This document shows, piece by piece, positions 20,913-29,201 of a DNA stretch of 44,603 nucleotides; the first letter of the stretch is position 1; every line of letters begins with the position of its first letter. The DNA is from Pseudomonadota bacterium. Lineage in GTDB: Bacteria > Pseudomonadota > Alphaproteobacteria > Rhodobacterales > Rhodobacteraceae. The notes beneath the pieces are model-generated. The model was given only the letters and a program-made list of their open reading frames with translations. It made no database searches and had not been told where the DNA came from. Location of the stretch: NCBI GenBank assembly GCA_039816075.1, contig JBCBYE010000001.1, positions 1 to 44,603 of the forward strand, read 5' to 3'. The translations under genes and the position numbers were made by a program.

Positions 20913-21899
20913 TTATTCATAATTTTTCCCGCCAAAGATCGTATGCGCTGCAAGTGCGGCCTGGAAACCTTCCGGAAGATCATAATTTCGACCACGAACA
21001 TATCTTTGTAGTATGCCCAGATTTATGCCAGCTAGCTTGAATATAGCAGCACTCAATAGATATGAACGTCCATGGTTCTTTTCGTAGTATCGCCTCCATG
21101 ACTTGAACCAGTAATCTGGCATCGGCCCTTCTCGCGGCTTGCCCGCCTGCATGCCTGTCGCAGTTCCCTCATCATGAAGTACCGTTGCCTTTGGAGCGTT
21201 CCAAGCTTGCCAATTTTTTCTTTTTGCACAGTACATTAAGTCAACCTCTTCGAAGTAGAGAAAATACTTCTCATCCATGCCAGACAATTCATTTATAGTT
21301 GCCCAGCGTGCCAACAATGCGGCGCCGGTTACCCAATCGACCTGCGTGGGCGTTTCGCAGACCGGCAAAACCACCGGCCATCTTCGTATCAGGGCGGATA
21401 GCCCCGTGCCGGCCGAAAACTCCGACATGATCGTGGGAAAGCGGAAGGCTCCCGACCAGATGGTTCCATCGGCCCGCTCCAGCCGCGGGCCCACGAACCC
21501 CGCCTTAGGCCGCTCCGCCATCACCGTCAGCATCTCGCGCAGGGCGCCGGGGCGCGGCTCCGCATCGGGGTTGAGCATCAGGACCGCGTCCGGCGTCCAG
21601 TCCAGCCCGCGGATCGCGGCGAAGGCCAGGTTGTTGCCGGCCGCGAAGCCGCCGTTGCGCTCGGAGGCGATCAGCCGGATCTCGGGATCCGGTCCGCCCC
21701 CGGGCCCGCTCGTCGCCAGATGCTCGGCCAGCCGCGCCGCATCGTCGCCGGGCGAGGCGTTGTCGACGATGAAGACGACGCGCCGCGGCAACGGCGCCAG
21801 CTCGCGCCGCAGCGCCGGCAGCGCTTCGATCACCATCTCGGCCGTGCCGTAGTTCACGATGGCCACGGCCACCGACATCGCATCCGGGTCCTGGCCCAT
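20913..21899 (-). CDS. Glycosyltransferase family 2 (WbbL-like)
   Basis: GGAGG RBS before ATG 21899; AIVNYG, VDNAS, NGGFAAGNN, LNPDA, DWVTGA, MDEKYFLYFEEVD. Confidence 0.9.
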   Translation of the reverse strand: MGQDPDAMSVAVAIVNYGTAEMVIEALPALRRELAPLPRRVVFIVDNASPGDDAARLAEHLATSGPGGGPDPEIRLIASERNGGFAAGNNLAFAAIRGLDWTPDAVLMLNPDAEPRPGALREMLTVMAERPKAGFVGPRLERADGTIWSGAFRFPTIMSEFSAGTGLSALIRRWPVVLPVCETPTQVDWVTGAALLARWATINELSGMDEKYFLYFEEVDLMYCAKRKNWQAWNAPKATVLHDEGTATGMQAGKPREGPMPDYWFKSWRRYYEKNHGRSYLLSAAIFKLAGINLGILQRYVRGRNYDLPEGFQAALAAHTIFGGKNYE

Positions 21900-22056
21900 G
21901 CGTTCCGATCCTCCGCCAAACCGGCCCGCGCCCCCTGCCCCGTCGCGCCGCCGAAGATCGCGCGTCTTATGCCCCAGCGCGCTCCGCATCGCCACCGACA
22001 CGGCGCCGCGCCGACGCGTTCGCCCCCGCCCCGTGGCCGGGCGGCGACGCCTCGGC

Positions 22057-22075
22057 TTGATCGCACTGCCATCAA
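22057..22075. promoter_or_regulatory. Probable TA autoregulatory operator
   Basis: Imperfect palindrome TTGATCGCA-C-TGCCATCAA about 35 nt upstream of the antitoxin; half-sites resemble the FitAB operator half-site TGATAGCA. Confidence 0.5.
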
Positions 22076-22109
22076 TGCCTACACATCCCTCCATCCGACG
22101 GAGGCGCCC

Positions 22110-22349
22110 TTGGCCAGCATCACCATCCGCAATCTCGACGACGACGTGAAAAAGCGCCTGCGCCTGCGCGCCGCCGAGCATGGCCGGTCCATGGAGGAGG
22201 AGGCGCGCCATATCCTCCGCCGCGCCGTGGGCGAGGCGCCGCGCCGCGATCTCGCCCGCGCCATCCGCGCGCGCATCGCCCCCCTGGGCGGGGTGGAGCT
22301 CGACCTGCCCCCGCGCGATCCCCTGCGCGCACCGCCCGGCTTCGACTGA
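22110..22349 (+). CDS. fitA: FitA-like ribbon-helix-helix antitoxin
   Basis: GGAGG RBS, TTG start; ASITIRNLDDDVKKRLRLRAAEHGRSMEEEARHIL; directly upstream of a PIN toxin. Confidence 0.88.
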   Translation: MASITIRNLDDDVKKRLRLRAAEHGRSMEEEARHILRRAVGEAPRRDLARAIRARIAPLGGVELDLPPRDPLRAPPGFD

Positions 22350-22370
22350 CGCGGGCCCCGGATCCCGGCC

Positions 22371-22796
22371 ATGATCCTCCTCGACACCAACGTGATCTCG
22401 GAACTGCTGCGCCCTGCGCCGGAGCCGCGCGTGGAGGCCTGGCTCGCCGCCCAGGACGGCGCCGGCGTCTTCCTCAGCGCCGTCTCCGCGGCCGAGCTGC
22501 GCTTCGGCGCGGCGCTCCTGCCCTCGGGACGCCGGCGCGAGGCCCTCATGGCCGCGCTCCACGCCATCCCGCGCGAAGACTTCGCCGGCCGCCTCCTGCC
22601 CTTCGACGACGCGGCGGCCGAGGCCTATGCCGAGATCGCCGCCGCGCGCCGGGCCGCCGGACGCCCCATCAGCGCCTTCGACGCCCAGATCGCGGCCATC
22701 GCCCGCGCGCAGGGCGCCGCCGTGGCGACGCGCAACGCGCGGGATTTCGAGGGATGCGGGATCGAGGTGATCGACCCCTGGATGCTTCGACCCTGA
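22371..22796 (+). CDS. vapC: VapC/FitB PIN-domain toxin
   Basis: MILLDTNVISE, AELRFG, FDAQIAAIA, VATRNARDF. Confidence 0.93.
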   Translation: MILLDTNVISELLRPAPEPRVEAWLAAQDGAGVFLSAVSAAELRFGAALLPSGRRREALMAALHAIPREDFAGRLLPFDDAAAEAYAEIAAARRAAGRPISAFDAQIAAIARAQGAAVATRNARDFEGCGIEVIDPWMLRP

Positions 22797-22869
22797 TTTC
22801 GTCGCGCCCCGAACCGGGCTGCTGCCGTCCGATAGCCGATCCCCCGCCGGACGCCGCGCGCCGCCGACC

Positions 22870-22955
22870 GGCGCCCCCCTGCCGACGGTCTCGCGCCCGT
22901 CTCACATAGATGGTACGCAAGGAATCTCGCCAAGCCCCCCTTATCCGGACGCTTC
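22870..22955. other. Probable res site of the resolvase
   Basis: Lower-GC non-coding stretch immediately upstream of the serine recombinase, the usual res position; subsites not resolved. Confidence 0.3.
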
Positions 22956-22959
22956 GCCC

Positions 22960-23562
22960 ATGGCCGCCCCCGCAACCGCTCCCGCAACCGCCCCCTCGCT
23001 GAAGATCGGCTACGCCCGCTGCTCCACCGAGGCCCAGGACCTCGAAGCCCAACGCGCCGCGCTCGCCGCCCTGGGCGTCGCGGCGGAGCGCATCTACACC
23101 GATCACGGCCTCACCGGCCGCACCCGCGCCCGCCCCGGCCTCGACCAGGCGCTGGCCGCCGCCCGCGCCGGCGACACGCTGGTGGTGCCCAAGCTCGACC
23201 GGCTCGCCCGCTCCGTCCCCGACGCGCGCGAGATCGCCGACGGCCTCGCCGCCCGCGGCGTGCGCCTGGCCCTGGGCGAGACCGTCTACGACCCGGCCGA
23301 TCCCATGGGAAAGATGTTCTTCAACATCCTCGCCACCTTCGCCGAGTTCGAGGCCGACCTGATCCGCCTGCGCACCCGCGAGGGCATGGCCATCGCCCGC
23401 GCCAAGGGCCGCCTGAAGGGCCGCGCGCCCAAGCTCTCCCTGCGCCAGCGCCGAGAGCTGCGCCGCCTGCACGGCGAAGGCGCCCACTCCATCTCCGACC
23501 TCGCCGAGATTTTTGGCGTGTCCCGCCCGACGGTCTATCGGGTGCTTGCGCGGGAGGAGTAG
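22960..23562 (+). CDS. Serine recombinase (resolvase/invertase family) with C-terminal HTH
   Basis: IGYARCST (catalytic Ser), RPGL, GDTLVVPKLDRLARS, AEFEADLIRLRTREG, GVSRPTVYR. Confidence 0.95.
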   Translation: MAAPATAPATAPSLKIGYARCSTEAQDLEAQRAALAALGVAAERIYTDHGLTGRTRARPGLDQALAAARAGDTLVVPKLDRLARSVPDAREIADGLAARGVRLALGETVYDPADPMGKMFFNILATFAEFEADLIRLRTREGMAIARAKGRLKGRAPKLSLRQRRELRRLHGEGAHSISDLAEIFGVSRPTVYRVLAREE

Positions 23563-23730
23563 GGCCCGGCGCCCATGTCCCGGCGGCCTCCGAGATCCCG
23601 TCTTAAGCGCATCAGTGCGAAAATACCGGACATCGAGCGGGCGCGGTCGCAGGCTCATGTCGTTGAAGAAAAAAGATTTAAAGGCGTTCAGGCGGGGGTG
23701 AAGCTCCGCGGAAAAAGCGAACTCCGGTCG

Positions 23731-23791
23731 TTTTCCGCAGGTTTCGGGGGACGTTTTCGCGGGTTTTCGCCGCTTTCCGCCGGTTTTCCGC
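23731..23791. repeat. Six helically phased T-tracts (consensus GTTTTCCGC)
   Basis: T-tract starts at 23731, 23742, 23754, 23764, 23774, 23784. Confidence 0.65.
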
Positions 23792-24294
23792 GAGAAGCCG
23801 CAGGTGTCCGGCGCGTTCCGGGCGAAGATCGTCTCGCGCAGCGTGCGGGCGCCTCCCAGTCCCGCGAGACCCTGCGGCGCAGGGTCCGGGACGTCGCCCG
23901 CCTCGTCAGGGAGGACGGTCGGCATTCCGTGGTCATGCCGATCCAGACCCGCGATGCGGCGGACGTCGATGTCTACGATGCGCTCCGCCCTGCCCCGCCC
24001 TGCTCGACCGCCGCCGCTGAGCGGGGGGCGCCGCCCGTCGGCAGGTTTTCACCGCAAGCCCGGTCCAAGCCTTGGATTCGGTGCGCAGGGTTCAGGCGGT
24101 CCCTGTCCCCTGCATCAGGGTCGCGTTCTTCTTCCGGCGTCGACTCTCTCAGCTCTTCGTCTGCAAGCCCGCGCCATTCTCCGGTCGTCAGGCCCGCAAT
24201 CCTGCGCAGGGTGTTTTTCAGGGTTAGGATTCAGGGTTACGCTCCCCGCGCCGCCCTGCATCCCTCTGACCTCAAACATCTTCCCAATCGTCTC

Positions 24295-24444
24295 GGTGGG
24301 CGAAAGCACGAAAAAAAGCGGATGAAAGCACGAAGATTGGTGGGCGAAAGCACGAAATCCATGCCCGTTATGCTGCATCGCAGCAAGCCCCTGCCTCGCC
24401 GCCGAAAACCCGAATCACCTTGACCGGGGTGGCTGAAAGCACGA
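24295..24444. repeat. Iterons of the putative replication origin
   Basis: GAAAGCACGA at 24302, 24324, 24346 (22-bp period) and 24435; GGTGGGCGAAAGCACGAAA twice; immediately upstream of rep. Confidence 0.75.
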
Positions 24445-24453
24445 GCCTTCGCC

Positions 24454-25689
24454 ATGGCCTCGACCCGCGCGACAGCCCGCCGGCGCCGCTCCGCGCCGTC
24501 CTCCGCCGAAGCGCCGCGCGCCGCGGCCGCGAAGGCCTCCGGACCCGCCGAGGAAGCGGCCCGAGCGGCGGTCGACGTCCTGGCCGCGGACCCCGCCATC
24601 GAAAGCCCGCAGGGCGACCTCGCCGGCCGCCTTCCCGCCCGCCGGGGACAGGCCCCCGCTCCCCGCTCGCCGCTCCTGCCGGACCGCCGCCAACAGGCCG
24701 ACTTCTTCGTCTGCGACATCTTCGATGCCGCGCCCAAGGGCGACATGGCCTCGATGGAGCACCCGGTCTTCTCGCTTTCCACCAAGCCCGACCTCGACGT
24801 GCGCCGCTACGAGAACGGCCCGAACTTCGTGGAGATCACCCCTTCGGTGAAAGGCCTCGCCACTGTCCATGACCGCGACGTGCTGATCTTCTGCATCTCC
24901 CAGGTGATCGCCGCGCTCAACGAGGGCCGGCGCGTCGACCGCCGCGTGCGCTTCAAGGCCTACGATCTGCTGAAGGCCACCAATCGCGGCGCCGACGGCC
25001 GCGGCTATCAGCAGCTGCGCGCCGCGCTGGAGCGTCTGCAGGGCACCGTCATCACCACCAACGTGACCACCGGCGACGAGGAGATCTTCGACGGCTTCGG
25101 CCTCATCGACCGGTTCCGCATCGTGCGCGAAACCCGCGACGGCCGCATGCAGGACATCGAGATCACGCTCTCCGACTGGGTCTTCAACGCGCTGGAGGCG
25201 CGCGAGGTGCTGACCCTGCACCGCGACTATTTCCGGCTGCGCAAACCCCTCGAACGCCGCCTCTACGAGCTGGCGCGCAAGCATTGCGGCGCCCAGTCGG
25301 AATGGCGCATCGGTCTGGAAAAGCTGCGGATGAAATGCGGGTCGACGAGTTCCCCGAAGGAATTCCGCCGCATGGTGCGCCGCGTGGCGGAAGAAGACGC
25401 CGCCCACGCCCACATGCCCGATTACGCGATGGAGCTGGCCTCGCGCGACGTGGTCATCTTCCGCTCCCGCGGCACGGTCCCGGTTCCCCTGACCGACGAG
25501 CTCTACGAGGGCCCCCTCCCCCCCGACGCCCATGCCGAGGCCCGCCAGGCCGCCCCCGGCTGGGACGTCCACGCGCTGGAGCAGGAATGGCGCAGGTGGT
25601 GCGGCAAGGAAGAGATCGAGCCCAAGCGGCCGGGCAGGCACTTCGTGAAGTTCTGCGCCAGCTGGGCGGAGCGGCGGGGGGCGGGGTGA
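24454..25689 (+). CDS. repA: Plasmid replication initiator protein A (RPA family, Rhodobacterales RepA type)
   Basis: QADFFVCDIFDAAPKGDMASMEHPVFSLSTKPD, GLATVHDRDVLIFCISQ, RDYFRLRKPLERRLYELARKHCG; exact start uncertain. Confidence 0.9.
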   Translation: MASTRATARRRRSAPSSAEAPRAAAAKASGPAEEAARAAVDVLAADPAIESPQGDLAGRLPARRGQAPAPRSPLLPDRRQQADFFVCDIFDAAPKGDMASMEHPVFSLSTKPDLDVRRYENGPNFVEITPSVKGLATVHDRDVLIFCISQVIAALNEGRRVDRRVRFKAYDLLKATNRGADGRGYQQLRAALERLQGTVITTNVTTGDEEIFDGFGLIDRFRIVRETRDGRMQDIEITLSDWVFNALEAREVLTLHRDYFRLRKPLERRLYELARKHCGAQSEWRIGLEKLRMKCGSTSSPKEFRRMVRRVAEEDAAHAHMPDYAMELASRDVVIFRSRGTVPVPLTDELYEGPLPPDAHAEARQAAPGWDVHALEQEWRRWCGKEEIEPKRPGRHFVKFCASWAERRGAG

Positions 25690-25822
25690 CCCCCGCCTCG
25701 GGTCCTTCTGCCGAACCCTGACCCGGGGGTGGTTCGGGCCCCGTCGCGCGTGGCGAACCCGAGCCCGACGCGGGTTGGGGTTGGGGTTGAGGTTGTTGTT
25801 TCAGGCCGAGCCGCAGGCGGAG

Positions 25823-25840
25823 ATTTCCCCGCGGGGAAAT
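25823..25840. promoter_or_regulatory. parS-like palindrome upstream of parA
   Basis: ATTTCCCCGCGGGGAAAT, same as the palindromes in the parA 3' region. Confidence 0.65.
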
Positions 25841-25923
25841 CCCCGTCGGCCCGCTTTCGGCCGACGGGCCCTCGGCCTAAGCTGCGGCGGACCCGGCCCG
25901 CGGCTCAGGAGACCTCCCGCCTC

Positions 25924-27759
25924 ATGCCCGATCATCGCGATCTCGCCGCGCTGCAGGCGCGGTCGCTCAGGCTGCAGGAGCGGGTGCGGCAGCAGACCTA
26001 CTCGCCCGACAACGAAAAGGCGCTGCGCCGGTTCTCGGCCTGGGAGACGGCGGAGTTCGTGCTGCGGCTCTCCCCCGCCGATCTGCGCCGGGCGCTGGCC
26101 GAGGATCCGGCGCTTCCCCGCGGGGACGTGGCGCCGGGGGGGCAGCGCTGGTTCCGGGCGGAGGAGGTGGAGGCGCTGCGCCGGGCGCTCGCCCCCGGGC
26201 GGGGGCCGGGGCGGCCGCAGGGGCGGCGGGCCATCCGGGCGGCCGTGGCCAACTTCAAGGGCGGCGCCGGCAAGTCGACCGTGGCGCTGCATCTGGCCCA
26301 TGGGGCGGCGCTCGACGGGTGGCGGGTGCTGCTGGTGGATTGCGATCCGCAGGCCACCCTCAGCCACGCCATGGGCATCACGGACGCCCAGGAGGATGCC
26401 ACGGTCTGGGGCATCATGGCGCGGGATCTGGCGCGGGCCACGCGGGCGCTGAACGCCTCGCCGCCGGCGGCGGCCTCGGGGCGGCGCCCTGCCCTGCGGC
26501 GGGTGCCCGAGGCGATCGAGGCGCTGGGCCTCGAAACCCGCGATCCGGCGGACTTCATCCGCCCCACCGCCTGGCCGTCGATCGACATGATCCCGTCCTG
26601 CGCCAACGCCGCCTTCGTGGAATTCGCCACGGCGCAGTACCGGCATCTCAACCCCGACTGGGCGTTCTTCGCGGCGCTCTCGCGGTATCTCGACGGGCTG
26701 ACGGACGAGGCCTTCGACCTGATCCTGTTCGATTGCCCGCCGGCCATCGGCTACCAGTCGATCAACGCGGTCTTCGCCGCCGACATGCTGCTGATCCCCA
26801 CGGGGCCGGGCTATTGGGAATACGATTCCACCACCTCCTTCATCGGTCAGCTGGCCGAGGCGCTGGAGGATCTGGCGGCCGGGGCGGAGCAGGGCGCGCC
26901 GCTGCCCACGGGCCGGGTGACCCTGCCCAAAAGCTTCGCGGCGATGCGGGTTCTGCTGACCCGGATGGAGCCGGGCAACGCCCTGCACGAGGCCATGCGC
27001 GGGGCCTATGCCCAGGTCTTCGGCGCGACGCTGTGCGCGGCGGAGGTGGAGCATACGCGGGCGGTGGAGCAGTCCGGCCGCTTCCTCTGCTCGGTCTACG
27101 AAATGGATTATCGGGACATGACGCGGGAGACCTGGAAGCGGGCGCGGCGCAGCTTCGACGCGGTCTGGGACGAGGTCCGGGGCGTGCTGGAGGAGGCCTG
27201 GGAGGCGGTTCCCCGGTCCGATTTCCCCGCGGGGAAATCGGGGGCGGCGCCGGCGGGGACGGCCGAGGACGCCGCGGAGGATGTCCCCGCGGGGAAAGAG
27301 GGTCGACGGGATTTCCCCGCGGGGAAATCCCCGTCCGTGGCGCCGGGAGCTCAGGCCGGGGAAACCGCGACGGATGTCCCCGCGGGGAAAGGCGGGGGAA
27401 AGGATCAGTCCGGCGGATCGGGGAGCCGGGCCGAGGCCTGGGCGCCGCGCTCGGACAAGATCTCGGAGGAGTTCCCCGCGGGGAAAGACGGTCGAAAGGA
27501 TTTCCCCGCGGGGAAATCCCCGGGGACCGATGGTTGCGGGGATATCCGGGCGCCGGGCGCCTCCGCTGCGGCCCCGGGGACACGGCCGCCGGAAACGCGC
27601 GAGGATTTCCCCGCGGGGAAACCTGACGCTAAGCTTTTCCCCGCGGGGAACTCCGTGTGGATATCGGCGGGGAATACCGCGGGGGCCTCGGCGGGGAATG
27701 CCCCGGGGGCATCGGCGGGCAGTTCCCCGGGGACCCCGAGGACGGAGGACGAGACATGA
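25924..27759 (+). CDS. parA: ParA (type Ia) partition ATPase with a long repeat-encoded C-terminal extension
   Basis: N-terminal HTH-like region; ANFKGGAGKST, LVDCDPQATL, ILFDCPP; stop overlaps parB ATG (ATGA). Confidence 0.9.
   Translation: MPDHRDLAALQARSLRLQERVRQQTYSPDNEKALRRFSAWETAEFVLRLSPADLRRALAEDPALPRGDVAPGGQRWFRAEEVEALRRALAPGRGPGRPQGRRAIRAAVANFKGGAGKSTVALHLAHGAALDGWRVLLVDCDPQATLSHAMGITDAQEDATVWGIMARDLARATRALNASPPAAASGRRPALRRVPEAIEALGLETRDPADFIRPTAWPSIDMIPSCANAAFVEFATAQYRHLNPDWAFFAALSRYLDGLTDEAFDLILFDCPPAIGYQSINAVFAADMLLIPTGPGYWEYDSTTSFIGQLAEALEDLAAGAEQGAPLPTGRVTLPKSFAAMRVLLTRMEPGNALHEAMRGAYAQVFGATLCAAEVEHTRAVEQSGRFLCSVYEMDYRDMTRETWKRARRSFDAVWDEVRGVLEEAWEAVPRSDFPAGKSGAAPAGTAEDAAEDVPAGKEGRRDFPAGKSPSVAPGAQAGETATDVPAGKGGGKDQSGGSGSRAEAWAPRSDKISEEFPAGKDGRKDFPAGKSPGTDGCGDIRAPGASAAAPGTRPPETREDFPAGKPDAKLFPAGNSVWISAGNTAGASAGNAPGASAGSSPGTPRTEDET
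27221..27650. repeat. Array of eight parS-like palindromes (T/G)TCCCCGCGGGGAA within parA
   Basis: CCCCGCGGGG cores at 27225, 27285, 27315, 27378, 27474, 27504, 27609, 27639; extra copies at 25827, 26116, 29103. Confidence 0.85.
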
Positions 27760-29036
27760 GCCGGCGCAAGCTGTTCGAGATCGATCTGCCGCCCGACCCC
27801 GAGGTGGACGAGACGGCGACGGACGAGACGGCGGCGGAGGCGGGCGGGCGCCCTGCCCCCGGGCTCGAAACCAAATCCGCAGGCTTCGGCGACGGCCGCG
27901 ACGCATCGACCCCCGACCGCGGAGCGTCCCCATCGACCCCCGGCCGCGGAGCGTCCATATCCGGGCCCGGCCGCGGGCCGTCCATATCAGGGCCCGGCCG
28001 CGGGCCCATGGCCTCCGCCGTGCGCGAAACCCTGCGCGCGCGCCTGACCCGCGCCGAGGACGAGGCCGCCGTCGCCGCGGAGAACCACGCCCTCGCCGAA
28101 GAGCTGCTGCGCCTGAAGGCCGAGGGCCTTTTCGCCGAACGCGTGCCCCTGGACCTGATCGACGAGACCCGCCTGACCCGCGACCGCCGCGCCCAGGCCG
28201 CGCCGGACGTGGAGGACCTCAAGACCTCGATCCGCGAGACGGGCCTGTCCAACCCCATCCGGGTGGAGCGGGCCGGCGCCCGATACGAGCTGATCCAGGG
28301 CTGGCGGCGCCTGCGCGCCTTCCGCGCCCTGCTGGCCGACACCGGCGCGGCGCAATGGGCGACGATCCCGGCCGCCGTGGAGCCCGAGGGCGGCGACCTG
28401 GAGCTCGCCTATCGCCGCATGGTCGACGAGAACCTGGTGCGCGAGGACATCTCCTTCGCCGAAATGGCCGAGCTGGCGCGCGCCTATGCCGATGATCCGC
28501 GCACCGGCGCCGACACGGCGGCCGAGGCGACGGGCGCGCTCTATCGCTCCGCCGGCGCGCAGAAGCGCAGCTACATCCGCGCCTTCGCCGAGCTGCTGGA
28601 GATGCTGGACGGCGCCCTGGCGCATCCGCAGGCCCTGCCCCGCAGCCTGGGCCTGGACCTGCGCCGCGTGCTGGCCGCCACGGGCCCCCAGGGCGCCGCG
28701 ACCCTGCGCCGGGGCCTGGAGAAGCGGCCCGAGCGCGACGCGGCCGAGGAGACGGCGTTCCTGCGCCGCTTCGTGACCACGGCGCTGGAGACCGTGGCGG
28801 ACATCGCCCGGCGCGGCGGCGCCGAGGACCCGTCGCGGATCGAGCCGCCGGCGGTTCCGCGCCTGGGCCGCCCCCCGGCGCCGGCGCTGGAGGTGCGGCT
28901 GGAGGGGTCGGGCCTGCGCGCGGTGCTCAAGGCCGGGCGGCTGGAGATGAGCGGGCTGGGCGCGGCGGCGGAGGACCTGGACGAGGCGCGCCTGCGCGCC
29001 GCGCTGGAGGCGTTCGAGAGAGCGCTGCGGGGCTAG
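27756..29036 (+). CDS. parB: ParB/RepB/Spo0J partition protein
   Basis: GGAGG RBS; LKTSIRETGLSNPIRV, YELIQGWRRLRA, MVDENLVREDISFAE. Confidence 0.9.
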   Translation: MSRRKLFEIDLPPDPEVDETATDETAAEAGGRPAPGLETKSAGFGDGRDASTPDRGASPSTPGRGASISGPGRGPSISGPGRGPMASAVRETLRARLTRAEDEAAVAAENHALAEELLRLKAEGLFAERVPLDLIDETRLTRDRRAQAAPDVEDLKTSIRETGLSNPIRVERAGARYELIQGWRRLRAFRALLADTGAAQWATIPAAVEPEGGDLELAYRRMVDENLVREDISFAEMAELARAYADDPRTGADTAAEATGALYRSAGAQKRSYIRAFAELLEMLDGALAHPQALPRSLGLDLRRVLAATGPQGAATLRRGLEKRPERDAAEETAFLRRFVTTALETVADIARRGGAEDPSRIEPPAVPRLGRPPAPALEVRLEGSGLRAVLKAGRLEMSGLGAAAEDLDEARLRAALEAFERALRG

Positions 29037-29201
29037 GGCCGGGGGGGTGGGGCCGGCGGGGGCGCCTGGCCTGAAACGCCCGGCGCCGGATCCCTGCCGG
29101 TTCCCCGCGGGGACCCGGCGCCGGGCAGGGCGGTCGGGCCCCCCTCGGCCCCCGCCCGTTCGGTCCGGTTCCGTCCGGTCCTGTTCCGTGGGGGGGGCGC
29201 C

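Noticed and set aside
21900-22562. 549-aa GT2 with a long N-terminal extension
   Set aside because: Extension is the antisense of the fitA/vapC pair; RBS-supported start at 21899
22960-23562. Tn3-family transposon or invertible segment around the serine recombinase
   Set aside because: No transposase, terminal inverted repeats or flanking inverted sites seen; position beside TA and rep suggests multimer resolution
23575-24423. 282-aa ORF upstream of repA
   Set aside because: No recognisable motif, atypical composition, overlaps T-tracts and iterons; treated as non-coding origin DNA
27221-27650. CRISPR array (TTCCCCGC...GCGGGGA resembles type I-E repeats)
   Set aside because: Repeats are loop-less 14-18 bp palindromes, spacing is irregular (30-105 bp), they lie inside parA, and no cas genes are present; parS fits better
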